Source of the DNA: a bacterium | GTDB taxonomy: Bacteria > Zhuqueibacterota > QNDG01 > JAFGCO01 | Reading direction: 5' to 3' | Assembly (NCBI GenBank): GCA_016932575.1 | Contig: JAFGCO010000006.1 | Coordinates: 16,238-80,237, forward strand | Length of the DNA: 64,000 bases | Part shown: one piece after another, positions 1 through 10,959 of the stretch | How positions within the stretch are numbered: position 1 is the stretch's first letter | How the letters are laid out: the number at the start of each line of letters is the position of its first letter | The notes under the pieces: model-generated | Database searches by the model: none | The model's input: only the letters and a program-made list of their open reading frames with translations | What the model was told of the DNA's origin: nothing | Position numbers and translations under genes: made by a program

Positions 1-1
1 T

Positions 2-1648
2 GCATTTCGATATCAAAATGACCGGTGCTATTATTTTTTCGGCGTAAAAGACAACAAGGTTATGTTGAAAAAAGTTCAGCATGGCATTGGATTTCATCAA
101 CCTTTTGAGGCAATATTGGCCCAGGATATATACAATTGGAAAATCGGGGAAACCCTTCTTGCGGATATCAAGGTGGATGGGACCAGTATTCAGGCTCGGA
201 TCAATGAAAAAATCGTGCTTCAAGCCGTCGATTCCACATTTCGAACCGGAAAGATCGGTTTCCTCTCGGATGTACCGGCCCGTTTTACACACGTGCTTGT
301 CACCGCACCGCCGTCTGATTATAAAGAATATAAACGGAATCGGATGCTTATGCAGTCCGAAGAAACGCGTCTTCAGAATGAGAATCCCAAACCTGTGATC
401 TGGAAGAAAATCAGCACCGAAGGATTTGGTGTGGGACGGAATCTTCGTTTTGGTGACATGGATGGTGACGGAGTAATGGATGTGCTGATTGGTCAGGTGA
501 ACCATCATGGTCCCAAAGACCGGAACAGCGAACTCAGCTGTTTAACGGCCATGACATTTGACGGCCGCCAGCTTTGGCAAATTGGCCAGCCCGATCCATG
601 GAAAGACTATCTGACCAATGATGTGGCTTTTCAAATTCATGATCTGGACCGAGATGGACAGAATGAGGTCATATATTGTAAAAATTTTAAACTGATCGTC
701 GCAGACGGGGCAACCGGTCAAATCGAAAAGAAAATATTCACACCTGAAACTCCCGGCGGCAAACCATATCGTTCGGTCTACAACATTTTTCCTCATATTC
801 TGGGTGACTGTCTTTATTTATGTGATCTTCGTGGTGTGGGATATGACAGTGATATTATTTTCAAAGACCGCTACAGATATCTTTGGGCCTATAATGACCA
901 GCTGGAATTGCTCTGGAATGCGGAATGCAACACCGGACATTATCCGTATGCTGTGGATATGGATGGAGACGGCCGTGACGAACTGATGATGGGATACACA
1001 TTGTTTGATGACAATGGTGAGAAGTTGTGGTCACTGGATGACACACTTCAGGATCATGCGGATGGCGTGGCGATTTTGTCCTTCCGGCCCGGCGCGGATT
1101 TGAGACTGCTTTGTGCAGCGAGTGATGAGGGCCTGTTTTTTACAGATAAGAACGGACGAATTCTTAAGCATTATTATATAGGACATGTGCAAAATCCGGC
1201 GATCGCAAATTTCAGAGATGACCTCCCGGGATTAGAGGTTGTGACGATTAATTTTTGGAGGAACCAGGGAATCATTCATTTTTTTGATGCGGATGGAAAT
1301 CTATATCACAGTTTTGAGCCCAATCAATACGGCAGTATGTGTCTGCCGGTCAACTGGACCGGTCGTACAGAGGAGTTTTTTATTCACAATGCGAATATCG
1401 ATGAAGGCGGGATGTATGACGGGTGGGGCCGTAAAGTGGTCGTGTTTCCTGATGATGGTCATCCGGACATGTGCAATGCGGTTGTGGATATCATCGGAGA
1501 TTGCCGGGATGAAGTGATCGTATGGGATCCCCATGAAATCTGGGTATACACACAGGACGACAATCCCAAACCTCAGAAACTCTATGATCCATTAAAAAAT
1601 CCCCTGTATAATGAATCTAACTACAAAGCCTCGGTGTCTATACCATAA
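2..1648 (+). CDS. FG-GAP/beta-propeller repeat protein, possibly PL11 rhamnogalacturonan-lyase-like; probably 5'-partial (reading frame stays open back to window position 2)
   Basis: Repeated Ca-binding-like motifs D-x-D-G-D-G (DMDGDGVMDVLIG, DLDRDGQNEVIY, DMDGDGRDELMMG) typical of FG-GAP / YesW-type propellers. The first ATG is at 62, there is no signal peptide after it, and there is no in-frame stop between position 2 and 62. Confidence 0.6.
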   Translation, partial: AFRYQNDRCYYFFGVKDNKVMLKKVQHGIGFHQPFEAILAQDIYNWKIGETLLADIKVDGTSIQARINEKIVLQAVDSTFRTGKIGFLSDVPARFTHVLVTAPPSDYKEYKRNRMLMQSEETRLQNENPKPVIWKKISTEGFGVGRNLRFGDMDGDGVMDVLIGQVNHHGPKDRNSELSCLTAMTFDGRQLWQIGQPDPWKDYLTNDVAFQIHDLDRDGQNEVIYCKNFKLIVADGATGQIEKKIFTPETPGGKPYRSVYNIFPHILGDCLYLCDLRGVGYDSDIIFKDRYRYLWAYNDQLELLWNAECNTGHYPYAVDMDGDGRDELMMGYTLFDDNGEKLWSLDDTLQDHADGVAILSFRPGADLRLLCAASDEGLFFTDKNGRILKHYYIGHVQNPAIANFRDDLPGLEVVTINFWRNQGIIHFFDADGNLYHSFEPNQYGSMCLPVNWTGRTEEFFIHNANIDEGGMYDGWGRKVVVFPDDGHPDMCNAVVDIIGDCRDEVIVWDPHEIWVYTQDDNPKPQKLYDPLKNPLYNESNYKASVSIP

Positions 1649-1794
1649 TCTGGTTGGACAAGTAAAAAAGAACAAGGACAGACAGAATGACAGGGATTGA
1701 TTTTGTGGATTTTACACGGTTTTAGTTAAAAAGCACTGTCTCGGGAATCCTTCGTATTGTCTGATATCATTACCTGAAATATGGAGTATTCATC

Positions 1795-2490
1795 ATGAGA
1801 ACGATAGGATTAATTGGTGGTACAGGTTGGGCCTCAAGTATGGAATATTATCGTTATGTCAACGAATTCACCAATCGGCGATTGGGAGGTCACCAATTTT
1901 CAAAATGCGTTCTGTACTCTCTCAATTTTCATGATGTGGTCAAATTAAAACAACAGGGTAAATCAGTTTTTCCTCTGTTGCTGGACGCTGCAGAAAAACT
2001 GGCTGCTGCTGGCGCGGATTGTCTGCTGATTTGCGCCAATACCATGCATCAGTATGCAGACGAATTGCAAAAGAAGCTGTCATTGCCGATACTTCATATC
2101 GCTGAGGAGACAGCAAAAGTCATCTTTGAGCAGCAATTGTCCAGGGTAGGCCTGATTGGAAGCCAACCGACTATGGAAATGGATTTTTTCATTTCTAAAT
2201 TACATGCACATCATATTGCCTGCGTTGTGCCCGGAGCATCGGACCGCATTGCCTTAAACGCGATTGTCATGGATGAGCTCGCCAGGGGCGTTTTCACAGA
2301 AGCAAGCAGAAAAAAAACGATGAATATTGTAAATAAAATGAACCAACAGTCCATTCAGGGCCTGATATTGGGATGTACCGAATTTCCCCTGTTGCTTCGA
2401 AAAGCACCATTCTCATATCCGATATTCAACACAACAGAAATTCACGCCATGGCCGCAGTTGATTTTGCGCTGAGCAGTACGGATTTTTAG
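1795..2490 (+). CDS. aspartate racemase (Asp/Glu/hydantoin racemase family)
   Basis: 231 aa. N-terminal MRTIGLIGGTGWASSMEYYRYV and overall length fit the aspartate racemase family. Confidence 0.8.
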   Translation: MRTIGLIGGTGWASSMEYYRYVNEFTNRRLGGHQFSKCVLYSLNFHDVVKLKQQGKSVFPLLLDAAEKLAAAGADCLLICANTMHQYADELQKKLSLPILHIAEETAKVIFEQQLSRVGLIGSQPTMEMDFFISKLHAHHIACVVPGASDRIALNAIVMDELARGVFTEASRKKTMNIVNKMNQQSIQGLILGCTEFPLLLRKAPFSYPIFNTTEIHAMAAVDFALSSTDF

Positions 2491-2640
2491 TTGACATTTT
2501 CATTATATTTTTCTAACATTTATAAAATAATATAGTCGTCCGATTGATCTTCGTATCAATTTCTGCAGGATTTTTTATTTCTTTAAATCCGATTTCTTTC
2601 GGTCGATGATCCAATCGGAAGTTTTCAGGATATTTTCATC

Positions 2641-3822
2641 ATGCCGAAAAAATTACCAAAATCAGGAATTGACGGTCTTTTATATGTATTAAAAAAGGCA
2701 AGTAAGGGGGATTATAAAGTCCGTGCCAGTTTGTCCGATAACATGTCAGATCTAAAGTCTCTTGCTGAAGGGATTAATCATTTTCTCGAACATGTCGGTC
2801 AGACCTTCAGGAAACACGAGGAGGCGGAAGAGGCTCTGCGGCAGAGTGAAGAACGTTTTCGCAGGATGTTTGAAGATTCAACACTTGGGATTTATCGAAC
2901 CACACCAAGCGGAAAAATTATACTGGTGAATCAGGCGGCTCTTCGTATGCTCGGATATCGTTCATTTGAGGAGCTTGCAAAGCGGAATCTTGAAGAAACC
3001 GGATTTGAACCGAGTTATCCCAGAGATGAGTTTAAGAGGCGTCTTGAGGAGGAGGGGGTGATTATAGGTCTTGAAAGCGCGTGGCTTAGGAAAGACGGTT
3101 CTACGATCTATGTCCGGGAAAGTGCCCGTGCGGTTCGAGACACAAAAGGAAATGTCATCTTTTATGACGGCACGTTTGAGGATATCACCGAGCGCAAAAA
3201 AACAGAAAAGCGTGTTGAGAAAGAATTAAAAGAAAAGGTATTGCTGCTGAAAGAGGTGCATCATCGTGTGAAAAATAATCTGCAGATCATCTGCAGCCTG
3301 CTTAATTTGCAATCGTACAAGGTTCAGGATCCCGAAGCAAAAATTGCGTTTCAATACAGTAAAAGCCGCATCTACTCTATGGCTCTTGTACATGAACAGC
3401 TCTATAAGTCCGACGATTTCTCGAATATTCAGATAAAACCGTACATCGAGCAACTGGTTCAGGAAGTGGGAAGAGCGTATCGTATTTCTTCAAGTATTCG
3501 AATTAGCCATGATATTGAAGAGATTACATTGGGCATTGACAAGGCGATTCCCTGCGGGCTAATCTTAAATGAGCTCATCACAAATGCCGTTAAGCATGCA
3601 TTTCCGGAAAAGACCCGGGGAAAGATTAATATTATTTTTAAAAAAAAGCAAGACACCTTTGAAATTACAATCGGGGACAATGGCATTGGGCTGCCGGATA
3701 CGTTTGATTTTAGTAATATCAGGTCGATGGGGCTGCATATGGTCAAGGTGCTGGTCAGACAATTGAATGGGGAACTGACTTTAACAGGAAAGCCGGGGAC
3801 TGAGTTTGTTATCCGGTTTTAG
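2641..3822 (+). CDS. PAS-domain sensor histidine kinase, HisKA_2/HWE-type, with no cognate regulator adjacent
   Basis: PAS-like region (RRMFEDSTLGIYRTTPSGKIILVNQAALRMLGY). H-box EVHHRVKNNLQIICSLLNLQ typical of HisKA_2. C-terminal HATPase region (NELITNAVKHAF ... GDNGIGLP). Confidence 0.85.
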   Translation: MPKKLPKSGIDGLLYVLKKASKGDYKVRASLSDNMSDLKSLAEGINHFLEHVGQTFRKHEEAEEALRQSEERFRRMFEDSTLGIYRTTPSGKIILVNQAALRMLGYRSFEELAKRNLEETGFEPSYPRDEFKRRLEEEGVIIGLESAWLRKDGSTIYVRESARAVRDTKGNVIFYDGTFEDITERKKTEKRVEKELKEKVLLLKEVHHRVKNNLQIICSLLNLQSYKVQDPEAKIAFQYSKSRIYSMALVHEQLYKSDDFSNIQIKPYIEQLVQEVGRAYRISSSIRISHDIEEITLGIDKAIPCGLILNELITNAVKHAFPEKTRGKINIIFKKKQDTFEITIGDNGIGLPDTFDFSNIRSMGLHMVKVLVRQLNGELTLTGKPGTEFVIRF

Positions 3823-3979
3823 TCAGGCTCAGCCATCAATCGACCATGGATGAGGACAGGATACTTTTTTGACACTTTATCAATGGATTTATATTGACAT
3901 TGCGTTTCGGTTTTTGTAAGTTTTTAATTCAAAATTTTAAGATTTTCGTCATAATTATCACCGTTAACAGGAGTGAAAC

Positions 3980-5239
3980 ATGAAGATTATTCAGGGCAAT
4001 GCAGTGGTTTTTACCCAGGGCGGTCCCACAGCCGTAATCAATGCATCCTGGGTGGGTGTGGTTTTGGAATTGATCAATGTCCCGGAGATTACAGGTGTTT
4101 ACGGCAGTCTCAACGGCATTGACGGTGTTTTGAATGAGAATTTTGTGGATTTACGCGCCCAGGGAGAAGAACGGCTGATTGCTGTTTCAAGGACGCCGGC
4201 CACGGCATTGCTTTCCACACGGCATAAACCCAAGGATGAAGAAAACAGAAAAATGCTTGAAGTATTTAAAAAATACAACATTCGATATGTGTTTGGCGCC
4301 GGAGGCAATGACACGTCCGAATCATTGGATATTATCAATGATGCAGCAAAAGATCAGGGATACGAGTTGAGGTTATTTCATGTGGCGAAAACTGTAGACA
4401 ATGATTTAATGGAAAACGATCATACTCCCGGATATGCATCTGCTGCCAGGTATGTAGCCAATGCTTTTCGGGGTGTTGATATGGATAATCAGTGTTTCGG
4501 CGGATTGTATCTCGGGGTATGCATGGGCCGGCATGCCGGCTTTTTGACAGCAGCCTCCGCTTTGGGCCGGACCACACCGGAATCGGGCCCGCATCTTGTT
4601 TATGTACCGGAAAGGGCTTTTAACATCGATCAATTTTGTCAGGATGTGGAAACTGTTTATCATAAATATGGTCGTTGCGTCGTGGCCGTTTCTGAAGGCG
4701 TGGAGGATAAGAATGGTGTGCCGATTCTGCAATTGTTGTCCGAAGGAAAACTGGATGCAGACAGTCATGGCAATGTTCAGCTCTCCGGAACCGGTGCTCT
4801 GGCCGACGCTCTGATTGATAAAGTAAAAAATTATTTGACGGACCGCCTGAATGCCCATTCAAAAGAAAAAGGTGTGTCCAAGAAGCTGCGTGCACGGGGT
4901 GACACACTGGGATATATTCAGCGTTCTTTTCCCGATCAGAGTCCGGTCGATTATGAGGAAACTCTAAGCCTGGGAAAATTTGCGGCCAGAATGGCAATGG
5001 AAGGGAATATTGACGGATCTGTGGCCATTCAGCGCATTTCCGATTCGCCATATCAATCTGAATTCAAGCTGGTTCCTCTGAAGGCAGTGGCCGGCAAAAC
5101 CCGGCATCTGCCGGATGGCCATATCAATGCCGAAGGCAACAACGTCACAGAAGCGTTCATTCGATGGGGAAAGCCATTGATCGGAGAATTGAATCCGTTC
5201 GGACTTCTGGATACAACAAAGATGGTGATTAAAAAGTAG
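3980..5239 (+). CDS. 6-phosphofructokinase, long (419 aa) PPi-dependent-like clade
   Basis: PFK N-terminus GGPTAVINAS. Motif GAGGNDTSES occupies the position of the canonical GGDGS. SD site aacaggagtgaaacATG. Confidence 0.85.
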   Translation: MKIIQGNAVVFTQGGPTAVINASWVGVVLELINVPEITGVYGSLNGIDGVLNENFVDLRAQGEERLIAVSRTPATALLSTRHKPKDEENRKMLEVFKKYNIRYVFGAGGNDTSESLDIINDAAKDQGYELRLFHVAKTVDNDLMENDHTPGYASAARYVANAFRGVDMDNQCFGGLYLGVCMGRHAGFLTAASALGRTTPESGPHLVYVPERAFNIDQFCQDVETVYHKYGRCVVAVSEGVEDKNGVPILQLLSEGKLDADSHGNVQLSGTGALADALIDKVKNYLTDRLNAHSKEKGVSKKLRARGDTLGYIQRSFPDQSPVDYEETLSLGKFAARMAMEGNIDGSVAIQRISDSPYQSEFKLVPLKAVAGKTRHLPDGHINAEGNNVTEAFIRWGKPLIGELNPFGLLDTTKMVIKK

Positions 5240-5377
5240 CATCTGGATTCATAACCGTCTGTGGCTACTGCAGGCGGTATCAATAGAATCCTGTTGGATC
5301 CATGCTTAAGAGATGAATTTATAAGGCCGTAGAGACTTTATATTTTCGGCAAATTGTAAACCGGCAGATAATTATTA

Positions 5378-6094
5378 ATGATCACTCAATTTCTGCATCA
5401 GCTGATCGATCCGGTTCTGGATTTCATCTATCCGCCTGTCTGCCCGGTCTGCGGGGAGATGATGGAAACCTATGTCCCGGTTTGTCATGGTTGTCAGTTA
5501 TTAATGAAAAATCAGATAAATATCCGTCATCATCAATCGGGGGATTTTAATCATTTGGACGGGCCCTTCTTTTTGAATGATGTGATCACGTTTTGGCAGT
5601 ATTCACCGAAAATCGAGACATGCATCCATCTGGTGAAATATCAATCGCGAAAAAAGCTGGGTGATTTCATTGTCCGGATGCTGAATGAGTCGATTCAAAG
5701 TCTGCATCTTCCGTACCCGGATACAATTATGCCGGTTCCGCTGCATCCGCGCCGTTTCCGTGAACGGGGGTATAATCAAAGTCAAATTTATGCCGGGGCG
5801 ATCAGCCGGATAACCGGCATTGAATTGAACAATCGGCTGCTGAAACGCATCCGGTATACACAGACACAAACCCGGTTGTCCGCTGAGGCACGGCAGGCCA
5901 ATGTCAGGGACGCTTTTACCATCAAGCGTTTTTCGCATATGCAGAACAGGGCAGTCTGGCTGATCGATGATGTGATTACCAGCGGAGCGACAATCAACAG
6001 CTGTGCAAAGGCCTGCAGAGATGCAGGAGCAAGCTCTGTGATAGGAATCGGACTGTCAAGACCGCAATTGTATGACCCCGCAATATCTCCCTGA
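5378..6094 (+). CDS. comF: ComF family phosphoribosyltransferase-domain protein
   Basis: N-terminal Cys4 zinc finger (CPVCGE...CHGC). C-terminal PRTase motif VWLIDDVITSGATI. Confidence 0.8.
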   Translation: MITQFLHQLIDPVLDFIYPPVCPVCGEMMETYVPVCHGCQLLMKNQINIRHHQSGDFNHLDGPFFLNDVITFWQYSPKIETCIHLVKYQSRKKLGDFIVRMLNESIQSLHLPYPDTIMPVPLHPRRFRERGYNQSQIYAGAISRITGIELNNRLLKRIRYTQTQTRLSAEARQANVRDAFTIKRFSHMQNRAVWLIDDVITSGATINSCAKACRDAGASSVIGIGLSRPQLYDPAISP

Positions 6095-6100
6095 TTCTGC

Positions 6101-6129
6101 TTGACATTTGAAAAAAATTTATTTATAAT
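6101..6129 (+). promoter_or_regulatory. sigma70-type promoter: TTGACA, 17-bp spacer, TATAAT, upstream of gap
   Basis: Exact consensus hexamers with a 17-nt spacer at 6101-6106 and 6124-6129. A 112-nt leader with two short hairpins follows, then a strong SD (aaggagg) before the gap ATG. Confidence 0.55.
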
Positions 6130-6223
6130 TAACGACCAACGCTCGAATGACAGCGTCGGGGAATCGTGCGTTTTGAACCCTTTGTCAGGGTTGAATATTG
6201 TACTCATACAGGAAATACTCTAG

Positions 6224-7243
<1,020 letters not shown>

Positions 7244-7257
7244 AGGGATCCGTGATA

Positions 7258-8520
7258 ATGAGAAAGAAAACAGTCAAAGATGTGGATTTGCATGGTAAAC
7301 GCGTGTTAATGCGGGTGGATTTTAATGTTCCTATGGATAAAGGCATTGTACAGGATGATACTCGCATTCAGGCTGCTCTACCTACGATTCGATATGTACT
7401 TGATCAGGGTGCAAAAACACTGGTTTTGATGTCACATCTCGGTGATCCTGCAAAAGACACGAAAAAGGCCAGAGAGAAAGCTGAAAAATCCGGACAGCAT
7501 TTTGATGAGGCTATATATATTGAAGGCAAACATAAAATGGCGCCCGTGGCAGCATATCTTGAAAAATTACTGAACCGGCCTGTGAAACTGGCGCCTGATT
7601 GCATCAGTGAAGAGACACAGACGATGGTCTCGTCTCTTCAGGACGGCGACATTTTAATGCTTGAGAATACCCGTTTTCATAAAGAAGAAAAATCCAAAGA
7701 TGAAGCAGAGCGGGAATCGATGGCCAGGGTGCTTGCAACCTACGGGGATATCTATGTCAATGATGCTTTCGGAACCGCACATCGTGCACATGCATCCACA
7801 GAAACAGTCGCCCGGTTTCTTCCTGCGGTAGCGGGATTTCTCATGGAAAGAGAACTGGAATTTCTGGAAGATAAAGTCGTAAAAAATCCTAAAAAGCCGT
7901 TTGTCGCCATTATTGGCGGAGCAAAAGTATCCTCTAAAATATCTGTTCTCGAGAGTTTATTGTCCAGAGTGGATCAAATAATTATTGGTGGCGGGATGGC
8001 CTACACATTTTTAAAAGCCAAAGGAATTTCAGTGGGTAATTCATTGGTGGAAGATGATATGATCGATATGGCGAGGTCAGTTTTAAAAAAAGCTTATGAA
8101 ACCAATGTGTATATCTATTTACCGATTGATCATATTGTGACTCAAGAATTTTCTCCCGATGCCGAGGCCAAACATGTAGCACGCAATACCATTGATGAAG
8201 GATGGATGGGCATGGATATTGGTCCTCTGACCATTGAGAAATTCAGGGGTGCCCTGAAAAATGCCCGAACCATTTTTTGGAATGGCCCGATGGGTGTTTT
8301 TGAATTTGATAATTTCGCTAAAGGAACCAATGCCATTGCCGCCACTTTAGCAGAATTGGAAGACGCCATCAAGGTCATTGGCGGCGGCGATTCTGTTTCT
8401 GCTGTAAAAAAGGCCGGTGTTGCTGATAAAATGTCGCACATCTCCACGGGAGGCGGTGCTTCTCTGGAACTTGTGGAAGGCAAAACACTGCCGGGCATTG
8501 CTGCCTTAAATGATGCTTAG
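7258..8520 (+). CDS. pgk: phosphoglycerate kinase
   Basis: KRVLMRVDFNVP and the C-terminal GGGDS/STGGGASLE motifs. ATG at 7258 lies 15 nt after the gap stop; the longer ORF-track start at 7189 overlaps gap and is rejected. Confidence 0.95.
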   Translation: MRKKTVKDVDLHGKRVLMRVDFNVPMDKGIVQDDTRIQAALPTIRYVLDQGAKTLVLMSHLGDPAKDTKKAREKAEKSGQHFDEAIYIEGKHKMAPVAAYLEKLLNRPVKLAPDCISEETQTMVSSLQDGDILMLENTRFHKEEKSKDEAERESMARVLATYGDIYVNDAFGTAHRAHASTETVARFLPAVAGFLMERELEFLEDKVVKNPKKPFVAIIGGAKVSSKISVLESLLSRVDQIIIGGGMAYTFLKAKGISVGNSLVEDDMIDMARSVLKKAYETNVYIYLPIDHIVTQEFSPDAEAKHVARNTIDEGWMGMDIGPLTIEKFRGALKNARTIFWNGPMGVFEFDNFAKGTNAIAATLAELEDAIKVIGGGDSVSAVKKAGVADKMSHISTGGGASLELVEGKTLPGIAALNDA

Positions 8521-8530
8521 GAGTTGAACC

Positions 8531-9286
8531 ATGCGTAAATTGTTTATTGCGGGCAACTGGAAAATGAACACAAATACAGATGAAGCTGTATCTCTGCTGA
8601 ATGAACTTATACCATTGGTATCTGATGTTCAGGATATGGATATAGCAGTTTGTCCGCCTTTTGTCTATTTGCATAAAGCTGTGTATTTAACCCGGAACAG
8701 CAATATTCGTGTGGGTGCGCAAAATTGCCATTTTGAATCCAAAGGCGCGTTTACCGGAGAAGTCGCTCCGGAAATGCTGAAGGATATCGGATGCACTTAT
8801 GTGATTATTGGTCATTCGGAACGACGACATATTTTTGGTGAAACCGATGATGTGATTCATTCGAAAGTGAAGAAAGCCCTGGATGCGGAGCTGAAAGTAA
8901 TTCTCTGCGTGGGTGAATTACTGGAAGAGCGGGAAGCCGGAAAAACAGAGATCGTTGTTGAAACCCAGCTTATCGGTGGGTTAAAGGATTTGTCTTCTGA
9001 AGATTTGGACAGGATAACCATCGCATATGAGCCGGTTTGGGCCATTGGCACGGGTAAGACGGCCAGTCCTGATCAGGCCCAGGAGGTCCATGCATTTATT
9101 CGCAGCTGGCTCAAGAATCAATATAATGAAAACGTGTCCGGCAATTGCCAGATTCAATACGGCGGCAGTGTAAAGCCGGAAAATGCCAGAACATTGCTGG
9201 AGCAGCCGGATATCGATGGCGCTTTGGTTGGCGGGGCGAGTTTAAAGGCTGCCAGTTTTGCGGCAATTGTCAAGGCAGCTCGATAA
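8531..9286 (+). CDS. tpiA: triosephosphate isomerase
   Basis: MRKLFIAGNWKMN, IGHSERR, AYEPVWAIGTG motifs. Confidence 0.95.
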   Translation: MRKLFIAGNWKMNTNTDEAVSLLNELIPLVSDVQDMDIAVCPPFVYLHKAVYLTRNSNIRVGAQNCHFESKGAFTGEVAPEMLKDIGCTYVIIGHSERRHIFGETDDVIHSKVKKALDAELKVILCVGELLEEREAGKTEIVVETQLIGGLKDLSSEDLDRITIAYEPVWAIGTGKTASPDQAQEVHAFIRSWLKNQYNENVSGNCQIQYGGSVKPENARTLLEQPDIDGALVGGASLKAASFAAIVKAAR

Positions 9287-9301
9287 TTTGAGGGTTCACT
9301 T

Positions 9302-9661
9302 ATGATTGCTTTTTTATCAGTTATTCATGCTCTGGTTTCGATATTATTGGTTGTGAGTATTTTACTGCAATCCAGCCGTGGAGGCGGATTGGCAGGCATG
9401 TTCGGTGGAGGTGGTGGTATTGGGGGTGTATTTGGCGGTCGCGGCGCTGCTTCGTTTTTATCCAAAGTGACCATGTGGCTGGCTATCGGTTTTGCGACTA
9501 CTTCGCTTACAATCGGTTTTCTGTCATCGGGCCGAAGAACCCAGGAGAAGACAGCGGTGCAGGAAATTCTGGATCAGGAAGCCGCTCCAACGGATATTCT
9601 GCCAGCCATTCCAGGCGCTTCTGGAACCGGAGAGGAAGCAGTTCCACAGGAAACCGAATAG
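9302..9661 (+). CDS. secG: preprotein translocase subunit SecG
   Basis: 119 aa. N-terminal TM helix then LLQSSRGGGLAGMFGGGG, the typical SecG glycine-rich region. Confidence 0.85.
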   Translation: MIAFLSVIHALVSILLVVSILLQSSRGGGLAGMFGGGGGIGGVFGGRGAASFLSKVTMWLAIGFATTSLTIGFLSSGRRTQEKTAVQEILDQEAAPTDILPAIPGASGTGEEAVPQETE

Positions 9662-9707
9662 GAAATCATTCGTTTAAACAATGTTGTCTTTTGGCAGGCG
9701 ACATTTT

Positions 9708-9791
9708 GCCGAAGTGGTGGAAGTGGTAGACACGCTGTCTTGAGGGGGCAGTGGGAGAAATCCTGTGGGGGTTCGAATCCCCCCTTCGGCA
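9708..9791 (+). tRNA. tRNA-Leu (anticodon GAG), type II with long variable arm
   Basis: Acceptor stem gccgaag/cttcggc. D-arm GGTGGAAGTGGTAGA. Anticodon loop cTTGAGg. T-arm GGTTCGAATCC. Discriminator A. Confidence 0.85.
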
Positions 9792-9829
9792 CGTGTTATT
9801 AAATTATAAGTCACAAGCAGGAGGTTTTT

Positions 9830-10858
9830 ATGAGGTTTTTCAGCCGAGAGACTGTTTGTTTGATGATCATTGTCTTTGCTATCAGTACGATTGCGATTTT
9901 TGCGCAGGATTATCAGGCACAGATCGAAGCCTTGCAGAAAAAACAAAAGCAATTGGTTGCGCAAATGGAAGAAGCGAGTCAGGCCAACGACACCAATGCC
10001 TATAATGTTGCGATGGAAGAATTCGAAAAGGTAAAAGCAGAGCTGCAGCAGTTAAAAGAGAAAATTACATCGGCACAGGATCAGGAATCCCAGGCAAAAA
10101 TTGCCTTTAATAAAGGCGGCAGTTTATTACAAAAACGCCAATATGAAGAGGCAGTCGCGGAATTTGATAAAGCCATATCCATTGATTCCGATTATTACAA
10201 GGCATATTACATGAAGGGTTATGCACTGACCCGCCTGAAGAGATATTCGGATGCAACCGGTGCTTATGAAAAAGCACTGGAAATCAAACCCAACGATTCG
10301 AGGGTGATTTTTGCATTGGGGAAGCTTTATGAATCACAGGGAAAAGGCAAGCAGGCTATTACTTTATACGAAAATGCTCTGAGCGCTGATCCTAACAATG
10401 CAAAAGCTGCTTATTCCATTGGCGCTGTCTATGTGGGGTGGGACGCGTATTCGGATGCGGCTCAGGCCTTTCAAAGAGCGGTTGAAATCGATACAACCTA
10501 TGATTTGGCTTATACGGGATGGGGAACATCACTTCTTGAGTTGGGTAAGGTGAACAGCGCAATCGAAAAACTAAAAAAAGCCATTACCATTGATCCCAAT
10601 AATGGTGATTCTTATTTTCGTCTGGCCAAAGCGTACAATGCCGTCGGTAACTACAGTGATGCTTTGGAATCTGCTGAAAAAGCTATTCAGTTATCTAAAA
10701 GATCCAAGACTTCCAAAGCTGCTTCAAACATAGAAAAAGGAAACGCGCTGGAAGCGATGGGTAAAAAAACAGAAGCCCTGACTGCTTTTCAGGAAGCAGC
10801 CCAGTTGGATAGAAAATGGAAAGACTGGGTTGATCACCATATTGAGCAAATGCAATAA
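9830..10858 (+). CDS. secreted tetratricopeptide (TPR) repeat protein
   Basis: Signal peptide, then a coiled-coil, then about seven TPR-like repeats (AYYMKGYAL..., AKAAYSIGAVY...). Confidence 0.75.
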   Translation: MRFFSRETVCLMIIVFAISTIAIFAQDYQAQIEALQKKQKQLVAQMEEASQANDTNAYNVAMEEFEKVKAELQQLKEKITSAQDQESQAKIAFNKGGSLLQKRQYEEAVAEFDKAISIDSDYYKAYYMKGYALTRLKRYSDATGAYEKALEIKPNDSRVIFALGKLYESQGKGKQAITLYENALSADPNNAKAAYSIGAVYVGWDAYSDAAQAFQRAVEIDTTYDLAYTGWGTSLLELGKVNSAIEKLKKAITIDPNNGDSYFRLAKAYNAVGNYSDALESAEKAIQLSKRSKTSKAASNIEKGNALEAMGKKTEALTAFQEAAQLDRKWKDWVDHHIEQMQ

Positions 10859-10895
10859 TTAATTTGTTTTATTTCTGAAATTCTGTTAAATTAAA

Positions 10896-10926
10896 GCCCG
10901 TCAGCATTTGATGGGCTTTTTTATTA
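10896..10926 (+). terminator. rho-independent terminator after the TPR gene
   Basis: gcccgtca-gcatt-tgatgggc stem (8 bp with one G-U pair) followed by TTTTTTATT. Confidence 0.5.
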
Positions 10927-10959
10927 TTTTAAATCAATTAACTGGAGATCAACAATTCC

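Noticed and set aside
81-1534. Several 60-105 codon ORFs (81..398, 542..796, 804..986, 861..1046, 1284..1517, 1301..1534) inside the first gene
   Set aside because: They are fully embedded in other frames or on the antisense strand of a well-supported long ORF. They are composition artefacts.
9475-10005. ORFs overlapping secG and the tRNA-Leu (9475..9729, 9492..9677, 9574..9792, 9674..9964, 9751..10005)
   Set aside because: They overlap a confident tRNA and the secG gene. They have no start context.
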